From Mytilus trossulus (taxonomy: Eukaryota), in NCBI RefSeq assembly GCF_036588685.1, contig NC_086381.1, positions 52,328,001-52,392,000 of the forward strand: a DNA stretch of 64,000 bases. The letters run 5' to 3'. The notes below the pieces were generated by a model. The model was given only the letters and a program-made list of their open reading frames with translations, did not search any database and was not told where the DNA came from. Positions 1 to 12,000 of the stretch are shown piece by piece (the first letter of the stretch is position 1; each line of letters starts with the position of its first letter). The translations under genes and the position numbers were made by a program.

Positions 1-89
1 TAGTCGAACAGTGAAATCAAGTACTGTTAACTCTTAAATTTTTAAATCTTTTGATAATTTTGAAATAATTTGTAATAATTTTCATTTAG

Positions 90-3000
90 GTATTGGAACT
101 TTGAGAGTTTTGATTCAAGTTGGAAACAAGTACACAGAGATTTGGAAACAATCCAGAAACCAAGGCAACAAATGGATTCAGGCTACAGTAGATATTGGTA
201 GAGTAGCCCAACCATTCAGTGTAAGTAAATAGTCCTTAAAATATATCCTTTTAAAAAATGTATGCTGGTTATAAAGTTATCTACACTTGTATGCAAATTT
301 GTTTGCCATTGCATAACATCACAAAAATTCCTGTAAAATTTGAAATAACACAATTTAAAAAATTTGATGTCACAATTAAAAAGTGATTGTTGCTTTACGT
401 CAAAAGGAAATTCTAAGAAGGTCTTAGGTCATTCAAAAACAAAATTCAGATAAATACCAAAAATGTAAATATGTTTATTCCATTGTTATAAGCAAACATA
501 TTTTTACATTTAACATATTATATTTTCCATTATGCTTTGTATTTAGCAATCATGCTGTACCTGAAATAGTAAAAAAAATTATACTTATAGTTGGCATATA
601 TAGATAGCTTTTTTTTTATATTTATAGTTGGCATACAGAGCTAGCATTTTTTGATTTTTTTTATAGTTGGCATATAGAGCTACCAGAACTTTTAATGTGC
701 GTGGAGACATAGCTCTTGATGACGTTCAACTGATGAACTGTAACTTCCCTGCAGTACAGCAATCATGTCTGTCCAATCAGTTCAGGTGTACCAGAGGAGC
801 TTGTGTATCTAAAAATACCCTGTGTGACTTCACTGATGATTGTGGTGACAATAGTGATGAAGGAAATTGTGGTAGGTTATCCCCCTTAGTAAAGATTACC
901 TCCCTTTCTTTACAGTCATGTGACTTCACTGATGACTGTGGTGACAATAGTGACAAAGGAAATTGTGTTAGGTTATCTCCCCTTATTAAAGATTACCTCC
1001 CTTTCTTTACAGTCATGTGACTTCACTGATGACTGTGGTGACAATAGTGACGAAGGAAATTGTGGTAGGTTATCTCCCCTTAGTAAAGATTACCTCCCTT
1101 TCTATACAGTCATGTGACTTCACTGATGACTGTGGTGACAATAGTGACGAAGGAAATTGTGGTAGGTTATCTCCCCTTATTAAAGATTACCTCCCTTTCT
1201 TTACAGTCTTTTTCAGTGCATTTTATAAATAATAAGAAGATGTGATATGAGTGCTAATGATACAACTCCCCATTCAAGTCACAATATATAAACATTTAAC
1301 AATTATAGGTCAAAGTAGACCATGTATATATTGTAGTATCTGTGTCAAGTTTATAAGATTTGACAGTGAAGTAGGTCTTTTTTGGACATGAGTAGGTTAT
1401 TTCCTTTACTTAGGTACAGGCTGGTTTAGTGTTCATATCACATTCTCTATCTTCTTATAGACCATAATAATACATCAAAGCAACAAAAAAACAAAGACAT
1501 CTTGAAATTAATGAATTCAAATTATTTTTTTAATTGCGTTTTCAAATTTTTTAGATTTAGATACATATAGTTAAGTGTTTCTATGTTTGTACTTTAGCTA
1601 AATTTCCTGGAAGATGTGATTTTGAAACCAGTTTGTGTGGGTGGAGTCAAGACACAACTGATACATTTGATTGGATAAGAGCCACTGACCATACAGCTAG
1701 TGGTGGTACTGGACCATCCAGAGATCACACTAAAGGCACTGCTAACGGTAAGATTATTTTGATGAAAAAGACAGTTAACATTTGATGGAAGATTTTTTAT
1801 ACAGATATTTTACAAATGTATCAGTACAGAGTATCATTGAATTTCAATGAGTAACTATGGATTATGTTAACTCGTCATTCTGTATTTACTAAAAGGTTCT
1901 TTTTTTTCCCATAGGATATTACATGTTCATAGAATCATCAAGACCCAGGAAGCCTGGAGATGTAGCAAGAATTGTCAGTCCAACATTAGCCATCAATACA
2001 AACAATCAAAATTCAGTCTGCACAGTAAGTTTTATTTACCTGGGTTCAAATTGATGAGATAAAAAATTGTCAATTTGAATCAAACTGATGCAGTGTTTTA
2101 CTACGAGAGTATATAATAAGACCACTATAAGACCACTAATGCCAGATTAGTCATGTTACAGTTATACTTATTTATGTGTAAATGTGTGGATAAAAGCATA
2201 AACTAGAGTACTGTGGATTCATTAATATTCGTTGGATACCAATTTTGGTGGATTTCGTCGGACATGGAGAACCACGATTTCAAATGTTCAACGAAATACA
2301 AATTTTGTAAAGGAATGAGTGTAGACTTTACCAAAACCACAAAATTAAATATCCAAGAATATGTAAGTTTTCCTCAAACCACGAAAATTTGTACCCACGA
2401 AAATAAATGTATCCACAGTATATATTTTTGTAATAAATTGATAACATATTCATCTACTTTCTCCCTTTTAAGAATTGAATGCTTCTTTTTGTAACTCCAT
2501 TGTGGTGTAAAAGCGTTGACCAAAGTACATTTCCGCACTTCATTCTAAAAATGTGCCCACGTCAACTCTTTTACAACCCTATGAAGTTACAAAAACAGGC
2601 ATTCAATACTTATAATTACATTTTTTAGCTAGGATAATGAAAACACGATTTTTATCAAGTTTATATTTAATTTACCTGTGCACTTTTTGTGGGACATGTG
2701 TTAATGAATGATAAATTTTATTGTGTTATGATGTTCATTAAGGAATAACGCGAGATTGCAGTGTAGCCAATCAGAATAACCTATTGTAATGTAATTATGA
2801 CAATTTGATCAATATTCTTTAGTTAAATTTTAAGAATGAAACTATTTTTAATGGATGAATATCATAATCTAATCAAGGTTTATATTTCTATTTGTACAGA
2901 GTTCACTTTGTTTTTAAAATTAGCCATAATTTTCATTTTATAATTGAGGCAGTCTTAATAAAAAAAAGTGCTGCTCCTTTGCCTTTTCTGTTATTTTTTG

Positions 3001-6000
3001 CTGTGTATTTACTCATTTTATGTCATATATGGGTACTCCATATCATATTCTATCATATAATTATTGTCTCTGATTACAGTTCAGACTATACTACCACATG
3101 TTTGGAAGTGGAATTGGAACGCTGAATGTCTACACCAGAACAGCTGTTGGAGGACCACTTAAAAAGATATGGACCAAGTCTGGAAATGTTGGAGATTTCT
3201 TTGAAAGGAGAGATATACAGATACTTGAAAATAATCCATTCCAGGTTAGATCATTGTGAATTCCAATCACTGTAAATTCAGAAATTATTGTGTACATTTA
3301 TCAATGAGTTTTTTCAAGAAGGACAAAAATGTGAGTTTTAATTATTGTGATTTTTAAAAAATCTGCATACTCTATGTTTCAGTTTTCAGAATGCAAGTTC
3401 TTTTTATTACAATACTCACCCAGTCAACGTATTTGCATTGATTAAAACCTCACAATAATTTCTGAATTTGCAATAGTTCATTTTCATGCATTATCCATAA
3501 CTCAACCTTTGGCTCTTAACTTTTTTTATTCTCTGACTGCTGTAGAAGGTGTTTTTTGTTTCTCAGTTGATCTGTTTATTTGTCAATCCATACATTCCTC
3601 ATCAATATATTCTTGTTTGAAAATCACCAAAGATGTTGAAGAACTGCTGTTGAATGTGCTGAAATTTTCCAAAAATCTTATTTTAAGTACACTGTATTTT
3701 AAAATTTATATATGAACAAACAAGCTGTGTTTCTTTTGTAGATTTTTTTTTATATGACGATGATTTCCTTCTTGTTCATTTCTTTCCATTTTTCAGGTGT
3801 TAGTAGAAGGCGTGGTTGGTAGTAGTTACAAAGGAGATATTGCTATTGATGATTTATCATTCTCTGATGGATGTATGCTAAGTTCAGGTAAATATAGAAA
3901 AATAAAATTGTTTTATTGAAGGTGCAACTATGTAATCGTTCCTCTCAACAACAAAAATTGTGAAAAAATAGTCAACCATTTTTTTGAGTGCACCATTTAA
4001 AATTTTTTGGAAGAATTGTTTTGTATTTGATGATCTAGTTCAAATATTGAAAAACCAAAAATCTTATACAAAGCTGACGAGCTGAAACAACAAAAAGGAC
4101 CAAAATAATACTTCATTTAATGATATAATTATATTTTACAAATAATATGTGAATTCCATCTAATATCAATAAAAATGTGCCAATGAATTTTTTTTGTAAT
4201 CAGAGCTTAAAAGAAACTTTTTTTTTCAAAACTTTTTGTTTCTTTTCATTTCATTGTATTTCTGGATCATTTTAGCAGGTACAATACCAACTGGTACCCC
4301 AGGACCAGCAACCACTCCTAATCCATGTGGAGCTAACAGTACTCAGTGTGTCACTGGAACAAAATGTATACCTAATTTCCAATTGTGTGATTTTACATAC
4401 CAGTGTGCAGACAAATCAGATGAAGCTAACTGTGGTGAGTGGTCTCCCTTTGAATAATACAAATTTTACAATCTTACATTTGAATTACTCCAAAGATGGT
4501 TTACTCCCCCTTACTTATTACAAATAACTGAAAATGACATATCACTTACTCAGAAGATGGTAGTCTCCCCCTTGTTTATAACAAATTACCCAAATTAACA
4601 TTTCAATTACTCAGAAGATTTTCGACCCCCCTGCATATTACAATTAACTGGAAAATTACATTTCACTTACTCGAAAGATTGGTGTCTCCCTCTTGTTTAT
4701 TACAAATTACCCAAAATCGACATAACTCACTCAGAATATGGTTGTTTCACCTCTTTTATTACAAATTACCCAAAATGACATTTCACTAATATATAAAATG
4801 GTTGTCTCACCCTTGTTTACTACAAATTACCCAATATGACATTTCAATAACTCAGACGAGATCAACTGAAGATGTGTGGGTGTACCCCCTTGTTTATGTA
4901 TTTGTAATTGAAGATGGTTGTCTCTCCATGTTCTGTTCCCCTTTCTATCATTTGTGATGATATTTTTTAGAATAGATTTTCTTTAGATAAAACAAAATGT
5001 AATTCTAGTTCAATTTTGTTTTTGAAAAAAGTAAAAACACAAAAATACTGAACTCCGAGGAAAATTCAAAATCAAAAGGCAAAATCAAAAGTCCAAACAC
5101 ATCAAACGAATGGATAACAACTGTCATATTCCTGACTTGGTACATGCATTTTCTAAATGGTGGATTGAACCTGGTTTTATAGCTAGCTAAACCTCTCACT
5201 TGTATGACAGTCCCATCAAATTCCATTAAATTGTCAACGATGCATGAACAAAACAAACATACTCAAAGAATAAAAATGTCAAAAATAGGGGTACAGCAGT
5301 CAATATTGTGTTATCATCTTAATATCACTATAAAAACAACAAATTTGACGAAGAAGCACAAAAAGGCCTACATCAAATTTAACATACTCATTTTGCTTTT
5401 CTTATACGACTTTGAATACATTTCGATATATTTAATTGCACAATGTGTAAGAGATATTGTTGAAAATGTAAGTTAGATATTTTTATGCTTAAGAAATAAA
5501 GTTCATACATTTTAATTTGTATACAGGAACATGTAATTTTGAGAAAAATCAATGTGGCTGGCAAGATTCCAGTACTGGACGTTACAATTGGCATATCTTC
5601 CAAGGTTCTTCTCCAGGAACAGGAGGCCCATCGAGTGATCACACCACAAATAACGCACAAGGTCAGTATGATAGTACATGGTATGCTTAGCTTTTTTTAT
5701 CCTGATTATGCAAATTCTTTTATTTAAGATGGTACATAACAATACAGGGAGATAACTCTGTTAGATTCAACTGAACGTTTTAATGCTTATCTATTGTTAA
5801 GGAAAAAATAAGCTTTTCAGTGATCATTATTTGTGTTTGTCAAACTACTATATAACTAATGAAAATTTTCCAATAAAGTGTATTGGTCAAGTTTATTGAA
5901 ATTTGTATATTTTTTCAAAGCAAATATTTTGTCAAAATTTTATGAAAAAGTAAAGGAATCAAATTAATTTTAGGTGGTACCTAACACTACAGGGAGATTA

Positions 6001-9000
6001 CTCTGTAAAATCAGCTAAATGTTTTAATTACGTTGGTTTGTAAAGGGAATATTAAGCTTCTCAATGATCAAAATTGTTGTTTGTAAAACTGCTATATAAC
6101 CAGTGTAATATTTCTGATAAAACGGTTGGTTTGAAATTTTTGAAATTTTTATATACTTGTTAAAGGGTCAAAGTAAATACTTTGTCAAAATTTTATGAAA
6201 ATTAAACGAGCCAAATTAATTTTAGTGAAAGTGTTGGGTACCACCTTAAGTTGAGGTGTTTAGTATTACCTTAAAAACCTGTAATAGAATAATAAAAAAA
6301 AGCTGAAGTTTATGTAAAGATTTCAAAAGATCAGGAATTTCCTATCAAACAAATTCTGATAGAGTCAGTTTTATAAAGTTATATTTGGAATGTTTAACTT
6401 TCAGGACATTACATGTTGGTGGAGGGTTCTACTGGTACCTTTTTCAGCAGAGCCTACCTGGACACACCTGTATTCCAAGCCACTGCTGCCAGTTGTCATA
6501 TCACATTTTGGTTCAATATGAATGGGGCTTTGGCAGGTAATTGAATTAAAGATTTTACGTTTTAAAATTCTGCGTTTGCTGTAGATGTGATTCTCAATCA
6601 GATACTTTAAAATGCAACATTTTCTGAAATCATTATTATTTGAGTTTTGTATCATGTTTCAACAATCACAAAAATTAATGCACACTAAAATTCTTGAGTT
6701 TACAGTAATTTTAATAACATTAGTCATACACATTACTGTAAATTCAGAAATAATTATTGCTTGCAAATATTATTGCGATTTTGTTATTTTGGACTTGAAC
6801 GCGATTTTAATTTTTGTGATATTGAGAAAAATCATGTTTAATTCATATAAAAAAATTCAAAATGTGAGTTTAAATTAATGCGACTATAACACTGTCAGAT
6901 TTTTCGCAATAATAAAAACCTCACACAAATTTCTGAATTTACAGTATAATGATATTGTTATAGGCAATGTTCAGTTGTATGTCATCAACTCTAATAAACC
7001 TACCCAAAGAACTTTGATCTGGTACAAGACTGGTTCCCAAGGCATTGGATGGAAGAATGCCTCAGCAGACATTGGTCAACTTTCAGCAGGTTACAAGGTT
7101 AGTTTTATGGGTGAAAGTTCACCAGTCTGAAAATGAGGCTGTACATTGTTGATGCACACTATATGTATAAATTCATTTTTTAGATTTAATTATAAAACAA
7201 TAAATTCATGTATAAATTTCAAACTCTTATTGTTTATCTTAATTATATTGTCAGCACTAGGTTTTTGCATGTAAAAATTATTTGATTTTTTAAAGTTTTG
7301 AAACCAATGTGATAGTATTGTTTATTTATAGATAAAGACAATTTAAAGGCATAATGTATTAAGTTTAATTGCTTTCTTGTAATTGAATATAGTTTTTATA
7401 CCTGAACATATTTTTGTTTTACAGCTAAGATTCCAAGCCTTCCCTAACAAAGGCTTTGGTTCCTTGTCGAAGGTACCTAATGCAGATATAGCAATTGATG
7501 ATGTCAAATTTGTAGACTGTAGTCCCACACAAATCTTCACGGATAAAAGTAAGAAAAAACATAATATGTAAACATGTTACTGTTCAGAGAAAATACATAT
7601 GCTGCAAAAGTATTTATAAAACTTATGGAAAGATGAACAATGGGGTAAATGATAGTGAGACAGAAATCCAACAACACAGGTTAATAAAAGAAACCTCTAG
7701 AGATCAACAGACATCCCATCAAGGTCAATTGAAGTATAGACAAAAAATAACACCACTTTTCCAGCTGTGCATAATTATAAATTCAGAGTCTTATAAAGCT
7801 AGAAATAATTTTATGAGAACTTTCCATTTTATTTTTAATTTTATTCATCTATATTAAATTCAAAAGGAATGAAAAGCAATTGAAAAAAAGGACAAGCACT
7901 TACATAGATCCTAACTTTAGACAAGCTCTTTAACATACATGAAGGTTACATAGTTTTACAGGTATAAAAAAAGAAGATGTGGTATGATTGCAATGAGACA
8001 ACTCTCCACAAGAGACTAAATGACACAGAAATGAACAACTATAGGTCAGCGTACTGCCTTCTAAAATGAGGAAAGCTCATACCACATGGTCAGGAACTCT
8101 ACTTCCAAATATGGATATAGTTTTATTTTAGTGGTTTAGAATTCCTCCTGATTTTCTAAAGTACTTTTAAGTGTAACTGTTGATTGACATTACACAGACA
8201 TTGTTATTTATTTAGATATCTAGTCATATCTATTTAATTGATTTTCAATTTTTCATATTGTCTTTTTATTCGCCTTTTCAGAATCTAAAGGACTATGGGT
8301 AATCTCATTGTTCGTACACCAAAATGAAAAAAGGGTTATGTCATTGGTTGAATTTCAATTGTTTAGAACGTTTGTCAACAATCACAACCTTTTGGTGAAC
8401 GCTTTTGAAATTATTACCCAGAATGCATTAGATTCAAAAACGGCGAATTCCATAGTGTAAAAATAGTTCTATATCTCCTGCTGAAAATTAACTGCTGAAA
8501 TATTTGTTTTGTAGCTGTGAACTGTACATTTGAATCTGATTTCTGTGGATATTTCCAAGATACAAAGGATGATTTTGATTGGACTAGAACTAATCAAGCT
8601 TCACCAACCAGAGGGACGGGTCCAGATAGAGATCACACAACTGGAACAGGTGAAATCAGGATAATGCATGCATCTTAACTTGTCCTGGAGGAGGGTGGGA
8701 CAGGGCCTCCTAGGCCAAGTGGTCTAAGTAGTTCTACTTCTGTAATCACTAGCCAGTCAAAACTGAGGTTGTGAATTTGAGGAGGTGTCCAGATTCCGAA
8801 GTCCCAGGCTTTAAAACACGAAATCCTGAAGTCCTAGATTTAAATAATTAAAATCCTGACATCCGGAAATTCTAAAAAGAATTCCGGTATCCTGAAAAGG
8901 TCAATCTTGAAATCCTGAGCTTAAAATCCCAGAGTCTCAATAAACGTCCTAACCCCCCCTCCTCAATCAATCAATCTTAATTTGTCAATCTTATAAATGT

Positions 9001-12000
9001 TCAAATCTAAAATTGGTTTTCTTCTTCAATATGAAAGTTTATTTTCATTTTTTTCAATGAAACAGTTTAAACATGTTTTATTATTCAAAATGACAAATGG
9101 ATTCAACACAAGTTTTTAACGTAGTCCTCTAATATTTCTATGGGATGTGATATGAAGATGGTTCCATAATTAATTCCATTTTTAAATACAGAAGTATCTT
9201 TTTAACTGCAGCCTTGTTGCACTGTAATAGAGAAAATTGTCCTGAAAGTTTAAGTTGAAATGGCATTTATTTTCCACACTACGATATGTATTAAGTGCAG
9301 TATGCTTTCTGTTGGCCATTTATATTTGTGGTATTCAAATAAGCCAAATTACAAAAATTGATTAGCTTGTAGTATCAATTATTTTATTTTGGTGCATTAC
9401 TCAGTGTATATACTTTCTGAGATCTTACGTTATTTGTTGGTTGAAACATTTTTTTTATATTTAGGATATTATATCTATATTGAGACTTCCTCACCAAGAC
9501 ATCAGGGTGATCGAGCTGTATTATCTACTGGTATCCAGCAACCTGAAGCAAACGGTGTATGTTTAACATTCTGGTATCACATGTTCGGTGCCCATGTCAA
9601 CACGCTGAATGTCTACCAACAAACTACTGACGGAAACAAGTCAATGATCTGGACCACATCTAAAACACAAGGAAATGTATGGAGAAAAGCCACCAGGACG
9701 GTTACCAGTCAAACACCATTTAAGGTTTGTATGCTTAATAGTACACACAAAATAGAGGTCAATCTTAATAGTACACACTAAATGGAGGTCAATCTTAATA
9801 GTACACACTAAATGGAGGTCAATCTTAATATTATACACTAAATAGAGGTCAATCTTAATAGTACACACTAAGTAGAGGTCAATGTTAATAGTACACACTA
9901 AATAGAGGTCAATCTTAATGCTACACACTAAATAGAGGTCAATCTTAATAGTATACACTAAATAAAGGTCAATGTTAATAGTATACACTAAATAGAGGTC
10001 AATCTTAATGGTACACACTAAATAGAGGTCAATCTTAATAGTACACACAAAATAGAGGTCAATGTTAATAGTACACACTAAATGGGGGTCAATCTTAATA
10101 GTACACACAAAATAGAGGTCAATCTTAATAGTACACACTAAATGGGGGTCAATCTTAATAGTACACACTAAGTAGAAGTCAATCTTAATAGTACACACTA
10201 AATAGAGGTCAATCTTAATAATACACACTAAAAAGAGGTCAATGTTAATAGTACACACTAAATAGAGGTCAATTTCAATAGTATACATTAAATAGAGGTC
10301 AATCTTAATAGTACACACTAAGTAAAGGTCAATGTTAATAGTACACACTAAATAGAGGTCAATCTTATTAGTATACACTAAATGGAGGTCAATCTTAATA
10401 GTACACACTAAATGGGGGTCAATCTTAATAGTACACACAAAATAGAGGTCAATCTTAATAGTACACACTAAATGGGGGTCAATCTTAATAGTACACACTA
10501 AGTAGAAGTCAATCTTAATAGTACACACTAAATAGAGGCCAATCTTAATAATACACACTAAAAAGAGGTCAATGTTAATAGTACACACTAAATAGAGGTC
10601 AATTTCAATAGTATACATTAAATAGAGGTCAATCTTAATAGTACACACTAAGTAAAGGTCAATGTTAATAGTACACACTAAATAGAGGTCAATCTTAATA
10701 GTATACACTAAATGGAGGTCAATCTTAATAGTACACACTAAGTAGAGGTCAATGTAAATAGTATACACGAAATAGAGGTCAATGTTGATAGTACACACTA
10801 AATAGAGGTCAATCTTAATAGTACACACTAAATAGAGGTCAATCTTAATAGTACACACTAAGTAGAGGTCAATGTAAATAGTATACACTAAATAGAGGTC
10901 AATCTGAATAGTACACACTAAAGAGAGGCCAATTTCAATAGTACACACTAAATAGAGGTCAATCTTAATAGTACACACTAAATAGAGGTCAATCAACTAA
11001 CACTTAATTACATTCATACAAAACTGCAAAATTTAATATGAAGCATTGATTCGTGTTTCAATTCTTTTGGGATAAGTATTTTTTTCAAATTCATGTAAGA
11101 CAGAAGAAAAAACACTTTATGCCATATTCATCTTTACATTACATATCTTATTTTTGGTCTTGTGTATGTAAGTTTACATGATGACTTTGTAATTACAGTA
11201 ACCTGTCTACTTTACATATCTTATATTTGGTCTTGTGTATGTAACTTTACATGATGACTTTGTAATTACAGTAACCTGTCTACTTTACATATCTTATATT
11301 TGGTCTTGTGTATGTAAGTTTCCATGATGACTTTGTAATTACAGTAACCTGTCTACTTTACATATCTTATATCTTATATTTGAAATTGATGACTATGTAG
11401 CTATATCATCACTTTTTTTTACAGATCCTGTTTGAAGGTGTTGTAGGTCTTAGTTGGCAAGGAGACATAGCTCTGGACGATATCAGCATGGTTAATGACC
11501 AGTGTCCACCAACAAGTAATTAAAAGTTCTAAAGACCCATTATTGAATTGTATAACTCAAATTTGCTAGTTTTGATAAATTGAGATATCATATGAAAAAA
11601 AATAATTCCAAGATATTTTTATCCTCATGCATGATGATGCTGTATGGTCAGGCGAATTAAGTTTCACCCTGGTTAATTTCATACATCCTGAAATTGGTTT
11701 CTGTTCTGTAAATAAACCCATCATATATACTAGGACTAAATTTAGTATACGCCAGAAGCGCGTTTCATCTACAAAAGACTCATCAGTGACGCTCGAATCC
11801 AAAAAGGTTAAAAAGGCCAAATAAAATACGAAGTTGAAGAGCATTGAGGACCAAAATTCCTAAAAGTTTTGCCAAATAAAGCTAAGGTAATCTATGCCTG
11901 AGGTAGAAAAGCCTTAGTATTTCAAAAAATTCTAAAATTTGTAATTAGTCAATTTATAAATATAACAATATCAATGACAATTCATGTCAGCACAAAAAAA

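Noticed and set aside
920-1232. ORFs 920..1117 and 1017..1232 as small LDLa proteins
   Set aside because: They are by-products of the 97-bp junction repeat shifting frame with each unit.
9734-10995. CRISPR-like array
   Set aside because: The 30-bp units are head-to-tail with no unique spacers and no cas genes, inside a eukaryotic intron.
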